Source of the DNA: Paraphysomonas bandaiensis
Lineage: Eukaryota; Protista; Chrysophyceae
NCBI GenBank assembly: GCA_965644295.1
Contig: CBFFRP010000414.1
Location: forward strand, 1 to 64,000
DNA: 64,000 bases
Direction of reading: 5' to 3'
This document shows, piece after piece, positions 25,064 to 38,200 of the stretch. Under the pieces are notes generated by a model that worked only from the letters and a program-made list of their open reading frames with translations, was not told the origin of the DNA and ran no database searches. The position numbers were made by a program, and so were the translations under genes. The stretch's first letter is position 1; each line of letters begins with the position of its first letter.

Positions 25064-26410
25064 TTAGGCAGCGGTGAGCTCCTTGACCTTGACTCTGACA
25101 TCGGCGGGAGTCGACCCAGCAGCCAGCATCTTCTCAAGCTCGATGACTTTTGAGACACCATCAATCATCTTTTGCACTAACTGGACCTCAGAGAACCCCA
25201 ATCGTTGCTTGTTAGACACATCAAACTTCGCACCAACGGCAGCGGAGTGCTCACCAGCAGAGCCACGTGGCTGGAGGTCAAATGCAGAGCACACCTGCTC
25301 CAAAAGCTCTTTATCCTCGGCATTGTCTCCTTCAAGAAGCTTGTTAAAGTTCTCAAGTTTGACCATGACAGAGGCACGCAGACCGGTACCAAGGTTTGAC
25401 GGGCATGTACCCAAGAACCCAAGCTTCTCGTTCCACATAAGCTTCGTGCCATTAGCTTCGGCAGATGCCTTCAGCGCGTTTGACAAGGCGCAGAAACGAG
25501 TGAATACAGATGGAATATCGCCACCCATCTCCATCGAAATAATTCGGCAATGATCTTCTTCGTTAACCCAGCAAAGTGCAGTCTGGGCCTCATTGTGGAA
25601 TATCCCTCTGTTGTTTGGCCAAGAACGGGCCGCACCTGCACCAGTAAGGAGGTTTTTGGCAGAAGGAATTTGGAAAAGGAAACCCTTGTTTAGAAGGAAA
25701 TCCCTCTGTTCGTCGGACAGACTGCCGAGCTCGTAGTATGTACCAGCAAGCTCACCCTCAAGACCAGCAAAAGCCTGCTTGAGTACAGCTTCAACACCAG
25801 CGCGATCTTCATCAGTTGAGCCACAAGGTAAAGCGAATCCAGCAATATTTCGTGCGGCACGGATGCGAGTCGAGGCAACATATTCATTAAAAGTCGCCTT
25901 CTGTTCGTCAGAGAACACAAGTTTGGATGGGTCAAGATCCATAGGATGAGTTTGGGTCTCGGGATCATACCCATGCCAGTCCTTAATAATTGGGTAAAAG
26001 AGATCCTTAAAGAGTTCCCAGCACTCTTCATCACCAGCAGTTGCCCCAACACCAAGATGAGGGGTCACAACTCCAGTCATAATCACATTAGAAAGAGTAT
26101 ACCCTTTGCTTGATTTCACATCTTTGAGTTTCTCAAACAATTCAGGAGTCAAATGCTTCGACATCGCTGACTTATGAGCTTCCGTAAAGTTTGGTACCGA
26201 TTCAAACGTAACGTACTTGAAATCAGCCGTATCTTTTGGATCACCAGCATAAGAACCACCATATGCAAGATAAGGATCTTGGACCTTAGAGAGATCGAGC
26301 TTTCCATCTTCGCCCTTTAGTTCGTCGTATTTGGCATCCCCTCCCAAGATGGTATATTGGGGAAGCTTGTTAACTTCAGCTTGTTCAACAGCAGATGCTC
26401 CGGCTCCCAT
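25064..26410 (-). CDS. ATP:guanido phosphotransferase (phosphagen kinase; arginine/taurocyamine/creatine kinase family), predicted N-myristoylated, intronless
   Basis: Family motifs GDEECW, STRIRAARN, WPNNRGIF, WVNEEDH, CPSNLGTGLRASV, RGSAGEHS and DVSNKQRLG; N-terminus MGAGAS (MGxxxS). Confidence 0.95.
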   Translation of the reverse strand: MGAGASAVEQAEVNKLPQYTILGGDAKYDELKGEDGKLDLSKVQDPYLAYGGSYAGDPKDTADFKYVTFESVPNFTEAHKSAMSKHLTPELFEKLKDVKSSKGYTLSNVIMTGVVTPHLGVGATAGDEECWELFKDLFYPIIKDWHGYDPETQTHPMDLDPSKLVFSDEQKATFNEYVASTRIRAARNIAGFALPCGSTDEDRAGVEAVLKQAFAGLEGELAGTYYELGSLSDEQRDFLLNKGFLFQIPSAKNLLTGAGAARSWPNNRGIFHNEAQTALCWVNEEDHCRIISMEMGGDIPSVFTRFCALSNALKASAEANGTKLMWNEKLGFLGTCPSNLGTGLRASVMVKLENFNKLLEGDNAEDKELLEQVCSAFDLQPRGSAGEHSAAVGAKFDVSNKQRLGFSEVQLVQKMIDGVSKVIELEKMLAAGSTPADVRVKVKELTAA

Positions 26411-27562
26411 TTTCTTTTATTGTTTTGCAATACTATGTAAGCTAGATGAAGATAATGCAATATAGATGCAAGTGAATGCAATAATGATGCAAGATTCTCT
26501 ATTGCAATCTGTGTATGCAGATCCACATATACATATACGCATGCAGCAGTGCATCCAACACAATCCTTCTGTTCGGTTACACCTACCCCTTCAAGATACG
26601 GTTTGTTTATGTATAGAAAATCTCATACCAACAGAATGGGGATGAAACGGCAGTATTCTGTTAGAACAAAATATAAAAATAAGGGATTTTTAGAATTTTA
26701 GAGCGAAATATACCAATATTGGTGGTAGTGAATGATAAAAACCTATTTTCTCTATATTCTGCACCCTATAAAATGGATTTTTTCTAAAACCCAATGCAAA
26801 AATGGTATATTTCAGTATTCTAGGGTCTAAAATCCCTCTTTTTCAACTCTATCCTTATATATCTGTATATATCGCTCGCTCATACACATACACACACAGC
26901 ATTGAGGAGATCAATCCCACCATTGTTTATCACCACGTATCCTTTGTATATTTTTGTTCTAATATGCCTCTAATATTGAGTCAACAATTATCTGTATTCT
27001 AGCCGTAGTTGTATCACAGTAATATAAAGAATTTTTGCCTCAATTTATTTCCGAAAACTACGAAAGCTGCGTATGTGTCACGGATAACACTAAGATGTAC
27101 CTACAATCACTATTGAGTATGTGTGTATAGTCCTTCAGTATCAAGAGATGTGGTTGATCAGAGGGGTCCGCTAGGCTACAGGGAGGGAGGGTGGAGGGTG
27201 TGAGGTAGACGCATGAGTATGTAGAGTCTCAAGACGCCACTGACTGCCAGAAAGATGCATGAGTCTTGAGGATGAACTCGCTCGAATGCAGATGTTTCTC
27301 CGACCCTCATATGGTGGATTCATTCCTGAATGCCTGTTTCTTCGTCTATGTTCAACCAGGTGTGTAGCTATATGGCTATACTCTACTAGATGATAGTTAC
27401 ATAGAAGTATTGTACCATATCTGCACTCCGCAAGAGTATATCGATACTCATATGTCTCTTGTTAGTGTATGTAATTACCGTATATGTAAGTAATGAACAA
27501 TCTATATTTAGAAGCCCTGCGTATGCCACAGTAGAAATTGGTGATTGAAATAGTCAGAAAAG

Positions 27563-28760
27563 CAGGGCTGTGTATCAGTTAATTGTGAATTATTGAAATC
27601 GCAATAATTGAAATTAGGACATTAAATCATAATTGCCTCCAACTTGCTTCAATTAATTGATTTAATTTAAAAAAATATATATGGATATTATAGTCAGTTA
27701 CACTGGTACCAGAAGTCATTGCACGAGTGTTCTCCAAGAGAGAGGTCTTCTCTCTTTAATCCAACAAGATACCACATAAGTATTTGGCTATGAGTGGGCA
27801 GAACAATATCTGCTGACATTTGTTTCACGAAGAAAATATCTCCGGTACTTATCCTCTAGAACACCACGAAAATCTGCGACAATGCTGCCATTATCATAAC
27901 GCTGCTTTCGAAAAGGCAATGAAGCCACACTAACTCGGATGGAAGAGGATCAAATTAAATGTTCTTGCTCGATGAAATATTGAAGATTAACAGTAGTCTA
28001 GTCCAGAATGACGTAGTATGACTCCTCGTCATTTAGAGCTACTTACGTTTTTACGTATGGACTGTCGTATCTGGAGTGAAATGACAGTTGTGTTATCAGC
28101 AGCTAAGCTGCTTATGTAATTTAGTATTAAATAATTGCAATTAATTGCAATAATTGAAATTGAGATAGCATGTAATAATCGCAATAATTGATGCCCCATT
28201 CCGAGAGCGTGCCCTAGTAAAGTGCTAGTGTTGATTAAGCTAAGTAACGTATAGATTGTTAGTAAAATCTCAGTGTCGGCACCAAGCATGCTCTAGCTAG
28301 ATCTACACTATATACTTGCATAGCCTATAAGGAATAACGAGAAACCCCGCGCGTTCTACGGGAGGGGGGGCGGCCAATGTCACACTAGACCTACACTGAG
28401 TCATGCATGGTCACGAGAAGCTCTGCATAAGCTTTGTTAGGTAATGGGTAATGGGAAGGTACACATGATGGCCCTACTAAAATCTGCGCGAATTACGAAT
28501 TACATGTATAAAGGTCATACACAGCTATGAGAAATCCAGCGTAATCGTAGCAAAGGTGAACACGGCAACAGAATCTGCACGTGATCTATGCGGTCAGTTA
28601 CGTTGGTACACGGGTAGGAGTGTGATAGAATCAGTAATCAGTGCTATATCTCGGTGTCATAGGTATACCAGCGAGCCGCGAGCCTACACTATGGCCACGC
28701 CCTCGGAATGGGGCAATTGAAACTGAGACAGCATGTAATAATTGACAATGCGCAGCCCTA
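27563..28760 (+). mobile_element. Non-autonomous hAT element (1.2 kb) carrying nested fragments
   Basis: TIRs cagggctgtgtatca and tgcgcagcccta; 8-bp TSD cagaaaag (27555-27562) / cagtaaag (28761-28768). Internal pieces are colinear with the reverse complement of 52936-51200. Confidence 0.8.
28192..28715. mobile_element. Nested inverted-repeat element inside the hAT
   Basis: tgccccattccgagagcgtg (28192-28211) is inverted relative to cacgccctcggaatggggca (28696-28715); the interior is richer in GC. Confidence 0.6.
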
Positions 28761-29506
28761 CAGTAAAGTGTCAATACTGTTGGAAATTGCTCATTTTAAG
28801 CTAGATCACAGAGAGAATTTGTCGTAAGACTAGATAGATTTATTAATCACGTTTACACGAAGTTGTGATTACCAACACTAACTCATTTTAATCCACGCAT
28901 AATATCGTACATATGCGAACCTCTCGTTACTGAACATATCTTGAAAGATCAAACTATTTCAGTTTCTCAATATTCAATATCATCACAGGATTTGTACATC
29001 ACTATATTTCACTGTATACTCGTACATTGTATTCAAGTGACATACTGAATATACTAGAATAAGATCCATATTCTGATAAATAACTGTAATAAAGTCATTT
29101 TAGGAAATATTTTGTACAATATGCTGAATTCATGCCTATCTGAAAAAAGCTAATTTTGTTATTTGTTACACATAAGTTTATATCCAACAGGATGCTAAAT
29201 ACTAAACACTACATCTATTATAGATTAGAGAAACTTTTCTACACTATACCTTCGGAATGTTAGAGCCCGAAATCACAACGTGCATATAATATGGGATAGT
29301 TTCAACTACTTTCAGTATATTAACGCAAGGAAAATATAGCTTTAAACAGTAGGCAGTAAATACGTTCTAGAAATATCATATTATCCTTATTCGGGCTTCA
29401 TACTATTTATTCTGAAGTCCAATGTAGTCAAACATAATCGTTGCACGGATACTCCCATGACTCACAACAAAATAAAAAGCAACACATACGTTGCATCAAC
29501 ACTATA

Positions 29507-32368
29507 TTAATCATCCCACCCGTCATCTGAATCGTCATCATCCGCTGTTTTGTCAGCTCCAGAGGCATTGGGATGGTACTTCGCACGTAAGATGGCCATG
29601 TCTTGCAACCGTGCAAAGGACTCCTCACGCTTTCTATTCTCTTCCTCTTTCTTGTTAATTTCTTCACGAAAAATAGATGCCCGAGGTTTACTCTTTTGTT
29701 CAGCTGGTTTGTTGGATAACTGGTGGCAAAATATTATCGCAAAATTTCAGTAGTTAAATCCCTACCATTTCCATATCTGGGGGTTGCAAGGATTCCAATT
29801 CAGGTGGCGGGAGGTTATCTTCCGACCCTTCCACCCATTCAGTTATCGTTGAAGACGCACGTCGCGCGCGCGTGGGGGGATAAATGTCATCTTGGAAATA
29901 GCTTTTCAGTGATTCTGCACGCGGAAGATAAAAACTGACCGGCACACAGGTGGAGTCTGTCAGTTTCAATATGCGATTGACTTCAACACTTCTAAAATCG
30001 CAAAGTTTCTTAGGAAGGAGACATACTCCAGCGATAGGATCAGACACTGAACTCTGATATTCGCCACTCTTTGAAAACGTGTGTTGTGTCCCAAGGAAAG
30101 TCAATTCGAAATGTCTCACTGCGAACAAAAATTACCATCAACAATCCAGTAAGAATGGTACTTGCCTATTGTATCTCCTTTTCCAGCAACAATACACAGG
30201 CCTGTATCCTCGTCATACATTGGAAACAGAGTTCCCGATGCGCTATCAATGCTCTGTGTTGATGTTGGTTGTGCTAAATTTCTCGAATCCCATGTCTGGA
30301 TTTGCCGTCGCCCTGAAGATCCAATGAACGTTGCAACAATTGCAGAATCCGTGGGAGAGTTACACCAAATGGCACGAAGATTTCTTCCTAACTGTGAGGT
30401 AGGAGTACTCTGAACCACACCCGCATGTCTGGGGTCGACAACTCTGATAACTTTATCTTTACAAGCCGCCAAAATCTGGTAGCCAGAATAGTTGAAGTCA
30501 AGATTGCCTATGGTACCTCCCTCGGGCAAATCCATGTCAACGCGACAAACATCTGCGCCTGAATTGATATCCCACAAACGCACTGTACTGTCAAGTGATG
30601 CGGTAGCAATCATGTTTTCAGTTCTAGGGTGGAAATTGCAACACCTCACGCTGTTAGTATGGCCAGCGTAGTCAGCGAGCGCATCATTTCCATCAATGCC
30701 GTCCACTTTCCCATCTTCAGGAACACGCCATACTTTAACATGACTATCTTCAGAAGCCGTTGCTAATAGATCTTCATGGAACGGTGAAAAGGCCAGACTC
30801 AAAACAGCACCACGATGGCCACTAAACACTGAGGGAGACACATTATCAGCTTTCTCAGGACGATCGAGTCGAGATACGAACACAGCGCCACCCGCACCTC
30901 GCCATGGCATTGCCCAAAATGTATCACTACTGGCCAATAGGGGGCCATCGTTGGAGCCTATTGCCGGCTGTAAGTTGTACCACGTCTGATCCTTGGTCCA
31001 TTCTTTTCCGTACATGTGGCGAAATTTAAGATTCGACCCAAAGCTGGACCTCTTATTAATGATGGTACTACTCGGACGACTTCTGTCTGACTCATCCTCC
31101 GCATCGTCATCATCGTCAACTGGTGTGTTGGCGCTGACAATATTGGCAGCGTTGGCAGGAGGAGCTAGTGGAACTCTGCCTGGAGGTGCAGTCGCGCCAG
31201 AAAGCCACTCTTCCGTTGTCAGAACAGGGGGCGCCAAAGACGTCGTAGGAGGAAACAAGTCTTCATGAAACTTGCAGCGCTCTCGCCTGGGGACAGAAAA
31301 TGAAATAGGTTGCGCAGCATCTTCCGTAAGTCTTAACATTCGAAGAATTTCACAGCCCCAGAGATCGTTAACCTGCTTTGGGAAGACGGCCATTCCCCTT
31401 GTCGGGGTTAATCCATCGCTAATTTGTGAATTGCAAACGGGAATTAGTTCGCCACTCTTTGTAGAATCGAAATCATATACGCGCACTGTAGTGTCCCCTT
31501 TACCCATCAACACCAAGAAATTGTGATCGGAATCGAAGTGTGGAATCAACGGTCCTGTAGAGGAGTCAATCCGATAACGTTGCACTGGCTCGTTTATATG
31601 TCGTGAGTCCCACAGAAGCATTTCACGATCTAGAGTATTTGAAAAACCACATGTAATCAAGTAAGGCGAATCACCAAGCCATTGCACTCTTGAACTCTTT
31701 GGACTACCATGAGCATTGACTGTTGCACTAATCGACTCGCCCCTTATGTCGACCAAGTCCAAGCACTTTTTCGACGTTGTGCAGAGGACGTCGCCGCTGT
31801 TCGACCAGCACATTGACTGAAGCTCGCCACTGAAGCCACCAACTCGCTTAATGCAATTATTCGCCTCTACATCCATCAATAATACTTCTTTTACTCCTCT
31901 GCAAGCCACTATTCCATCCACAGATAGGTGGGGTGATAGACCTCTCAATGGACAGTTATCAACAGGGGAATAACTGTTCACAGCTTCTGAAGTATCACAT
32001 ATATATCCACCTTCAGGGATCGACCATACTTTAAAGTATCCATCACCTGCACATGAATACAACTGATTTGAATGAAATGGATTAAATATTAAATCTTGAA
32101 CAGGTTGTGAGTGTGCTCTAATTAATGGCTGCTGATATGAGGCGGCCAATACAGGGACATGATTCTTGCCAGTGGACTCAAGTGGCAAGACAGCAATAGC
32201 AGTTCCATTCCCACCAGAATCTGGATATGAAATAAATTTATTATTAGCTGTTAATAAGTTTGAATCAGTTTGTATAGTTGATAGTTTTAATTGTTCATAA
32301 TGATGATCTTTTGAGAGGGTTGTGACTGTAATATGACGGATTTTACTCTCTCGTATGAATGATGACAT
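29507..32368 (-). CDS. CORO7: Tandem coronin (coronin-7/POD-1-like), 3 exons
   Basis: Two coronin units (SKIRHI..WD40..PISFSVPR..FHEDLFP and LKFRHMYG..WD40..PVSFYLPR..FQDDIYP); acidic C-terminus DDDSDDGWDD, stop at 29507-29509. Confidence 0.88.
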
Positions 32369-32562
32369 GTTGATATTAGGGGGGTGATGTTATTCGGTTA
32401 TCTGGTGGGGTGAGATGGATGGTATCCTTTAATATGTATGTATGTGTGTGTGTGATGTCGAGCTACATGGATGTATATATGATGTATATGGATGTGTACG
32501 TAGAGGTGTATGCATGATCATATATATGGATGTATACGTATGCGAATTGTGTATAGATGTAA

Positions 32563-32743
32563 TGTATGTGTATGTATGTATGTATGTATGTATGTATGTA
32601 TGTATGTATGTATGTATGTATGTATGTATGTATGTATGTATGTACGTATGTATGTATGTATGTATGTATGTATGTATGTATGTATGTATGTATGTATGTA
32701 TGTATGTACGTATGTATGTATGTATGTATGTATGTATGTATGT
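32563..32743. repeat. (TATG)n microsatellite, ~45 units, in the divergent intergenic region
   Basis: Direct reading of tatgtatg... with rare tacg interruptions. Confidence 0.97.
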
Positions 32744-32875
32744 ACAGTATGTCGTACAGTACACCGCTCATTGCTTCTACTTCCATACATACATACTCAT
32801 ATACACTCCTAGATCTTAACAGAAACACACCATACACACATATATACACACAGATACATACATATCAAGCCCATC

Positions 32876-34629
32876 ATGTCTACAAACCCTCAACATATTC
32901 TCTACTACACTAACATCACCCTCTTTCTCCTCTCTGGTCTCCTCTTATGGTCCATAGGGATGCGTCCCTCCTCTCGTCGTATACAACTCTCTCGTTCATT
33001 AACTATAGGCTTATGGGGATTCACACCACAATTAGAAACCAAACAATTACATGAGAGTAATGTATGGAACTGGAGGAAGCTACTGTGTGCGGGTGTGATG
33101 ATGTCTTCTATGGTTGGCTTCTCGACGGTGAAGTATTTCACTGTACAAACAACTATAAAGCTCTCATGTGGTATACTGATCACTTGGATTATATTTCTAT
33201 ATATATTCTGGTATACAGCGATTGTGCCGTCATCTTCAGAGGCTGTGCCCGTATCAGCATCTTCTGATGAGAAGAGCAGTACATCAGATTTCAAGGCTCC
33301 AAGTAGCGGATGGTTATCAAAGACAAAAGTTAACTCGAGAAAGGACAGTAGATTGCCCCTGACTGTTGTTACTGGGTTTCTAGGGTCAGGTAAGACGACT
33401 CTCGTGAAACACTTGCTGCGCAATACCGAGGGTATGAAGATCTTGGTGGTTGAAAATGAGGTGGGGAAAGAGGGTGTAGATCACGAGTTGCTCCTTCAGC
33501 ACACAGAAAAAGAAAATATTGTACTAATGAATAACGGTTGCGTATGCTGCACAGTGAGGGGTGATCTGATTGCTACGTTTCAGTCTCTTTTCTCGACAGA
33601 TGCATTTTCCAAACTCGACTGGGTGGTACTCGAGACTACAGGACTAGCGGACCCTGCACCTGTTATTCAGTCAGTTTATATGGACAAGCAGTGCAATTCT
33701 CATTTGAGACTTGATGGTGTACTTACAGTAGTGGATAGCAAACATGTAATGTTGCATATAGGTAGGTGGTAATGTGATGTATAAATTCATGTATACCTCT
33801 CGACTGCAGACTAGCCTGCTATATGCTATCGAGAAGTATTACCTTTAAGCGTTTTGCTCTTATTCATTTACAGGTGCCGCCGATAAAGGGGCAGCAGGGG
33901 CTCACGCTGGAAGCAGCGTTCCCGAGGCCGTACAACAAATTGCTTTTGCGGATCGCGTCATTTTAAACAAGACAGATCTCATAGACGAGACTGAACTGCA
34001 GGATGTCGTCACCGCTGTACAGAAAATAAACCCAAATGCGGGGTTGCTCACAACTGTCCAGTCTAAAGTGTCTGTAGAAGATGTACTTTCAATTAGCGCA
34101 TTTGATCCTACAAAGATCAGCAAAACGACTCCAATGTTTCAAATACAAACAGATGCTCAGGGGAAAATCATTTCGAGTAAGAAATCTAAGAAACCAAAGG
34201 CGAAAGCTGTATCAGAGTTTGGATCTGTTTCGACACTTTCACTGACAAGCTTGTATCCTCTCGATTTAAATGCATTTAATATATGGATTGCCCAGTTATT
34301 AAAAGATAAAGGGAATGATCTCTATCGCTTTAAAGGTGTCGTCGAATGACTTGTGTATCGGATGTGTTGACGAATATTATCTTACAGGTATTCTTTGTAT
34401 GGAAGGGTACGATCAGAAGTTTGTCGTACAAGGTATACACATGATATTTAACGGGGAACTTGGTCCAGAATGGGAAAAGAATGAAACACGCCGCAGTAAA
34501 TTTGTATTTATTGGAGCGAATTTGAATCACTCGCAGTTGAAACAGGAGTTTGAGGCATGTATTGCCAAACGGATCAGAGCATTTAAATCGTTAGAACCTG
34601 ATGATAGCAGTCACAAAAAAGATGATTGA
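32876..34629 (+). CDS. COG0523/CobW-family (ZNG1-like) G3E GTPase metallochaperone with an N-terminal multi-TM extension, 3 exons
   Basis: TGFLGSGKTT, VENEVG, GCVCCT (CxCC), ETTGLADP, NKTD, LYRFKG and RRSKFVFIG. Three hydrophobic segments precede the GTPase in the same ORF. Confidence 0.9.
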
Positions 34630-35279
34630 TTAAGCAACAATCATTTGGTGTTATAGCAGTATGCGAGGGTTATATATTGTGGAAAGTAAAATAATAATAC
34701 TTGATAGGAGTATGTACGCATGTACTCTCTCTGCTGAACACACCTTGAAAACTATAACAATGGATTGCCTTCTGAAAAATTTATATTTACATTCCATATA
34801 TTACTTATACGCATTTACGCATTACAATAACAGTAATATTAGATTTATGAATTTATTATTTTCGAATTCAAATATGTTCGAATAACACAAAAGGGGATTT
34901 AAGTTGTTTTTTATACAATATGGTTGAAATTTTGGAGCTCATGGTAGAAGAATACTCAATACTTGGCGTTAGTATACCAGATTCGGTCGGGTTAGATGTA
35001 ATCTCTTCCGTGTACGTATCATTATTATATAATTCTGTATTAAACTGCTTAAATACTACAAGATATTCTAGAAAAAAGGTTATAATATAATTTTAATGCA
35101 TTGTTCATTGAATTACCGAAGAGCATTAGAACTGTAGCTATATACTGTATTACATTCGTGCTAAACTATTTTCAACGAGGCAGCACGATATAGAGAGAAT
35201 TTGGCAAACCTCATGAGGTGTATATTATACAGATCTCTGCAATTACACCACTCATAAAACCATAATCTCCCACAAATGC

Positions 35280-38200
35280 CTAAAACCCGTCATCATTGTC
35301 GATAATAGTGGTAGGAGGCTTCCATTTTATACCATACGCTCTCTCAAGCTGTCGCCACAGAACAAACATATTCTCTTTATACTTAGTCAAAGTGCGTTCA
35401 ATCATCTGTGGGTCTTCGAGTTTCTACATGATTACTAAATGAGACCCGAGAACAACATCTTGAGGTGCAAAATTGATATTCCAATAAAAGAGTTTGTAAC
35501 ATGCATAGTGAAAGATTATTTACCTGAGGTGCATTTTGTTGATAAAACTCTGTTAGCCATTCCACGTTTTTCATGTGCATCGCTCTCTTCTGATATACGC
35601 CATAGAAATACCATCCTCCAACCAACAATGCCAAGAGTAGAATTGTCATGCACACTTTGAATACTTGCCCTTTGAATTGTGCGGTCTCTTGTACACTCTC
35701 GTGTTGTACGTTATCCACATTGATTACACCGCAGCTTTCATTTAGAGTAAACGTCAGAGTCGATTTAGTGGCCAATTCACGAGTGGAAGACTTCGAGGAC
35801 ATCGTTAAAATCTCCGAGGCACTCTCCTACACAGTACATTTGAGAATAAAAAGGGTTAAATAGTGTATACATTATTGAATGAATAACACAGAATATCAAA
35901 TGAACTAAATATGAGACTAATACCGCATCACGAAGTTTACCGATACAGGATTCCACGACGAATCTACCGAGGTCCTTTCAACCAATAACAAGCGTGGATA
36001 CCCTGGCTCATAGCTAGGGGTGTAGTGGCCAGCTACGTTCACAGTACCACTATTGAAAGTGAGAGGCTCAATCAGAGGAGAAGAGTCGGTAGGGCGATGC
36101 TGAAAACAAACATGAACATGTTGGTTGTACGTTACATTTTGCTCGACTGCTTGTAATTAGGCAATAGAATACATATAGCTATCTATCAACCATTACATTC
36201 AGGTATATAACCCAACACAATTGACAGCTAAAAAGTCCAGTTACTCAAAGGAAAACATACCGTCACTACAGGCCCAATGTATTTTTTGTGCACGATAGTG
36301 CCAACAGGATAGACCAGCTTCACATCGTCATCGGAAGGCCGATCACCACTGCTGTTGATGCACACGTATCCCACATCAGTAGAAAGAACATCTTCCCCAA
36401 TACTGAGCTGCGTTAACACAAACCAATTCAACCTCCAGGATTAAGCAGACTATATATACTAGCACCGTGACAAATATATATTACGCTGAAAGAGTATGTA
36501 GCAAATCAGTAAATCAGATAACGCACCGCGTACGCCAACACAGAATTTTCGTCGTCAATATCAATATAGTGCTTTGAGGACTCCAGTTCAGCAGCAGACA
36601 GCACTGCACCTCCTACGTACAAAAACCTTTTCACGAAACATTCTCCAACAACAAAGCACATTGTAATATACCCCTTACAACAAGGCACCCACATAACACC
36701 GTTATACGATACATAATTTAACGGTCCACAGTTGTTACCTTTTGATGCGTCCGTGTCACTGGCTGCTACTATTGGTACAGCCGCAAGCGCCTTGAAATCA
36801 TAGCCGTTCACACCATCTTTTTCTGTAATACAACATTTTAATATCGAGAACGTATAGCAGAAATTGTTGCACATGCAGATGCACAATAAATCAAGAACAG
36901 CAAACACTTCAATCAAAAAGCACAAGTGCAAGATGGCATCAGCAGTCCGAACCCACCAGTAGAGACGGACTTAGAGTGTAAGGAATCTGATGATCCTTTA
37001 TCGACAAGAGTGTACTCTTCGTCTTCAACATAACAAGAGAGCAAACACTTTTTTAGATCTCTCTGTGTACCACTGCCAGATTGGATAATACACGCCACAT
37101 CTTTTACCTGTAGGAAATATAAACCGACATGAAAAAACACTACTCTAAAACACCAACGAACAAAAATATAATACGATATCATATACATAATGCCACATCT
37201 AATTCGGCATTGCTGCTAAGGGGGGAAAACGTACATCCGAGATGCCAGCTATTGTCAGTTGACTCACGAGCGTACGCATAAGATCACTTTCGATGGAGCA
37301 GCTGTCGGACCCTATGAATATAGAATCAAGCTCACAGCGGAAAAATAATATTACGGCATTGGCTACACTAAAATATTTAAAACTTGAGATAACATTCCAC
37401 AACATATAATCTATACTTCGTTGTCTGATACATGAACAATTGATAGCAAAATCGCGTTACTTACCCAGTCCGTATCCGGTACCCGGAGATCCCCCACTGC
37501 TAATACACACCAGCCTATCAAACCCCATACTGTTAATCATTTTGGGCGACTTCCCAAGATTCGAAGTATGGTTAACTCGAGGCCGTTCGCACCGTACCAA
37601 GGATACCTCGTATCCATGATTACTGGTATGAATGTAAACTACAACAGGGTCGGCCCCGTTCTTGGTACGCTTGTCCGCATTCTGCATCCACTCCTGAAGT
37701 ATGGAATACATCGGTGTTGATGATGTTCCATCCGATAAAAGTGATGCCACCACAGCTAGCCCTCGGGTGAACACATTCCTTATATCCAACCCAGCACCCT
37801 TGGCAGCTGCTATGGACAGCCTCCTCTCCCGCATACCGTAGTAACCAGGGACCACGAGGGTCACGGATTCCTTTTTCGCTTTCTTTTTTTTCTTTTTCTT
37901 CTGACTTACATCAGACGACTGTTGGGAAGAAGCGGCTTTAGAGCTCTTAAGTTTTCCCCGCCAGTAATGCAGTAGCAGGGCGAGGGCTTCATCAGGCTGA
38001 AGGACTACTTTGTCCTCGCCTTGACTTGAATTCGACAATTCAATTTCGTGGTCATTCGTAGGTTCTGCATTATATGCACCCAACGACTTCGGAGTAGGAC
38101 AAGCTGTGATAAAACGTGTGGGATATATAAGATCAACATCTGGGCTCTTCTGGGCACCACTTTCCGCATCATGTCCAAATAATATACCTGTCACACAAAC

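Noticed and set aside
25074-25553. Long antisense ORFs here and at 32905-33423, 53504-54073 and 59096-59464
   Set aside because: They are shadows of real genes on the opposite strand, with no motifs of their own.
32429-32913. Several ORFs (YIHT/MYVC repeats)
   Set aside because: They are translations of the (TATG)n microsatellite.
35398-35802. Stand-alone small membrane protein
   Set aside because: A splice acceptor at 35827-35828 links it in phase to upstream exons of the Hsp70-like gene.
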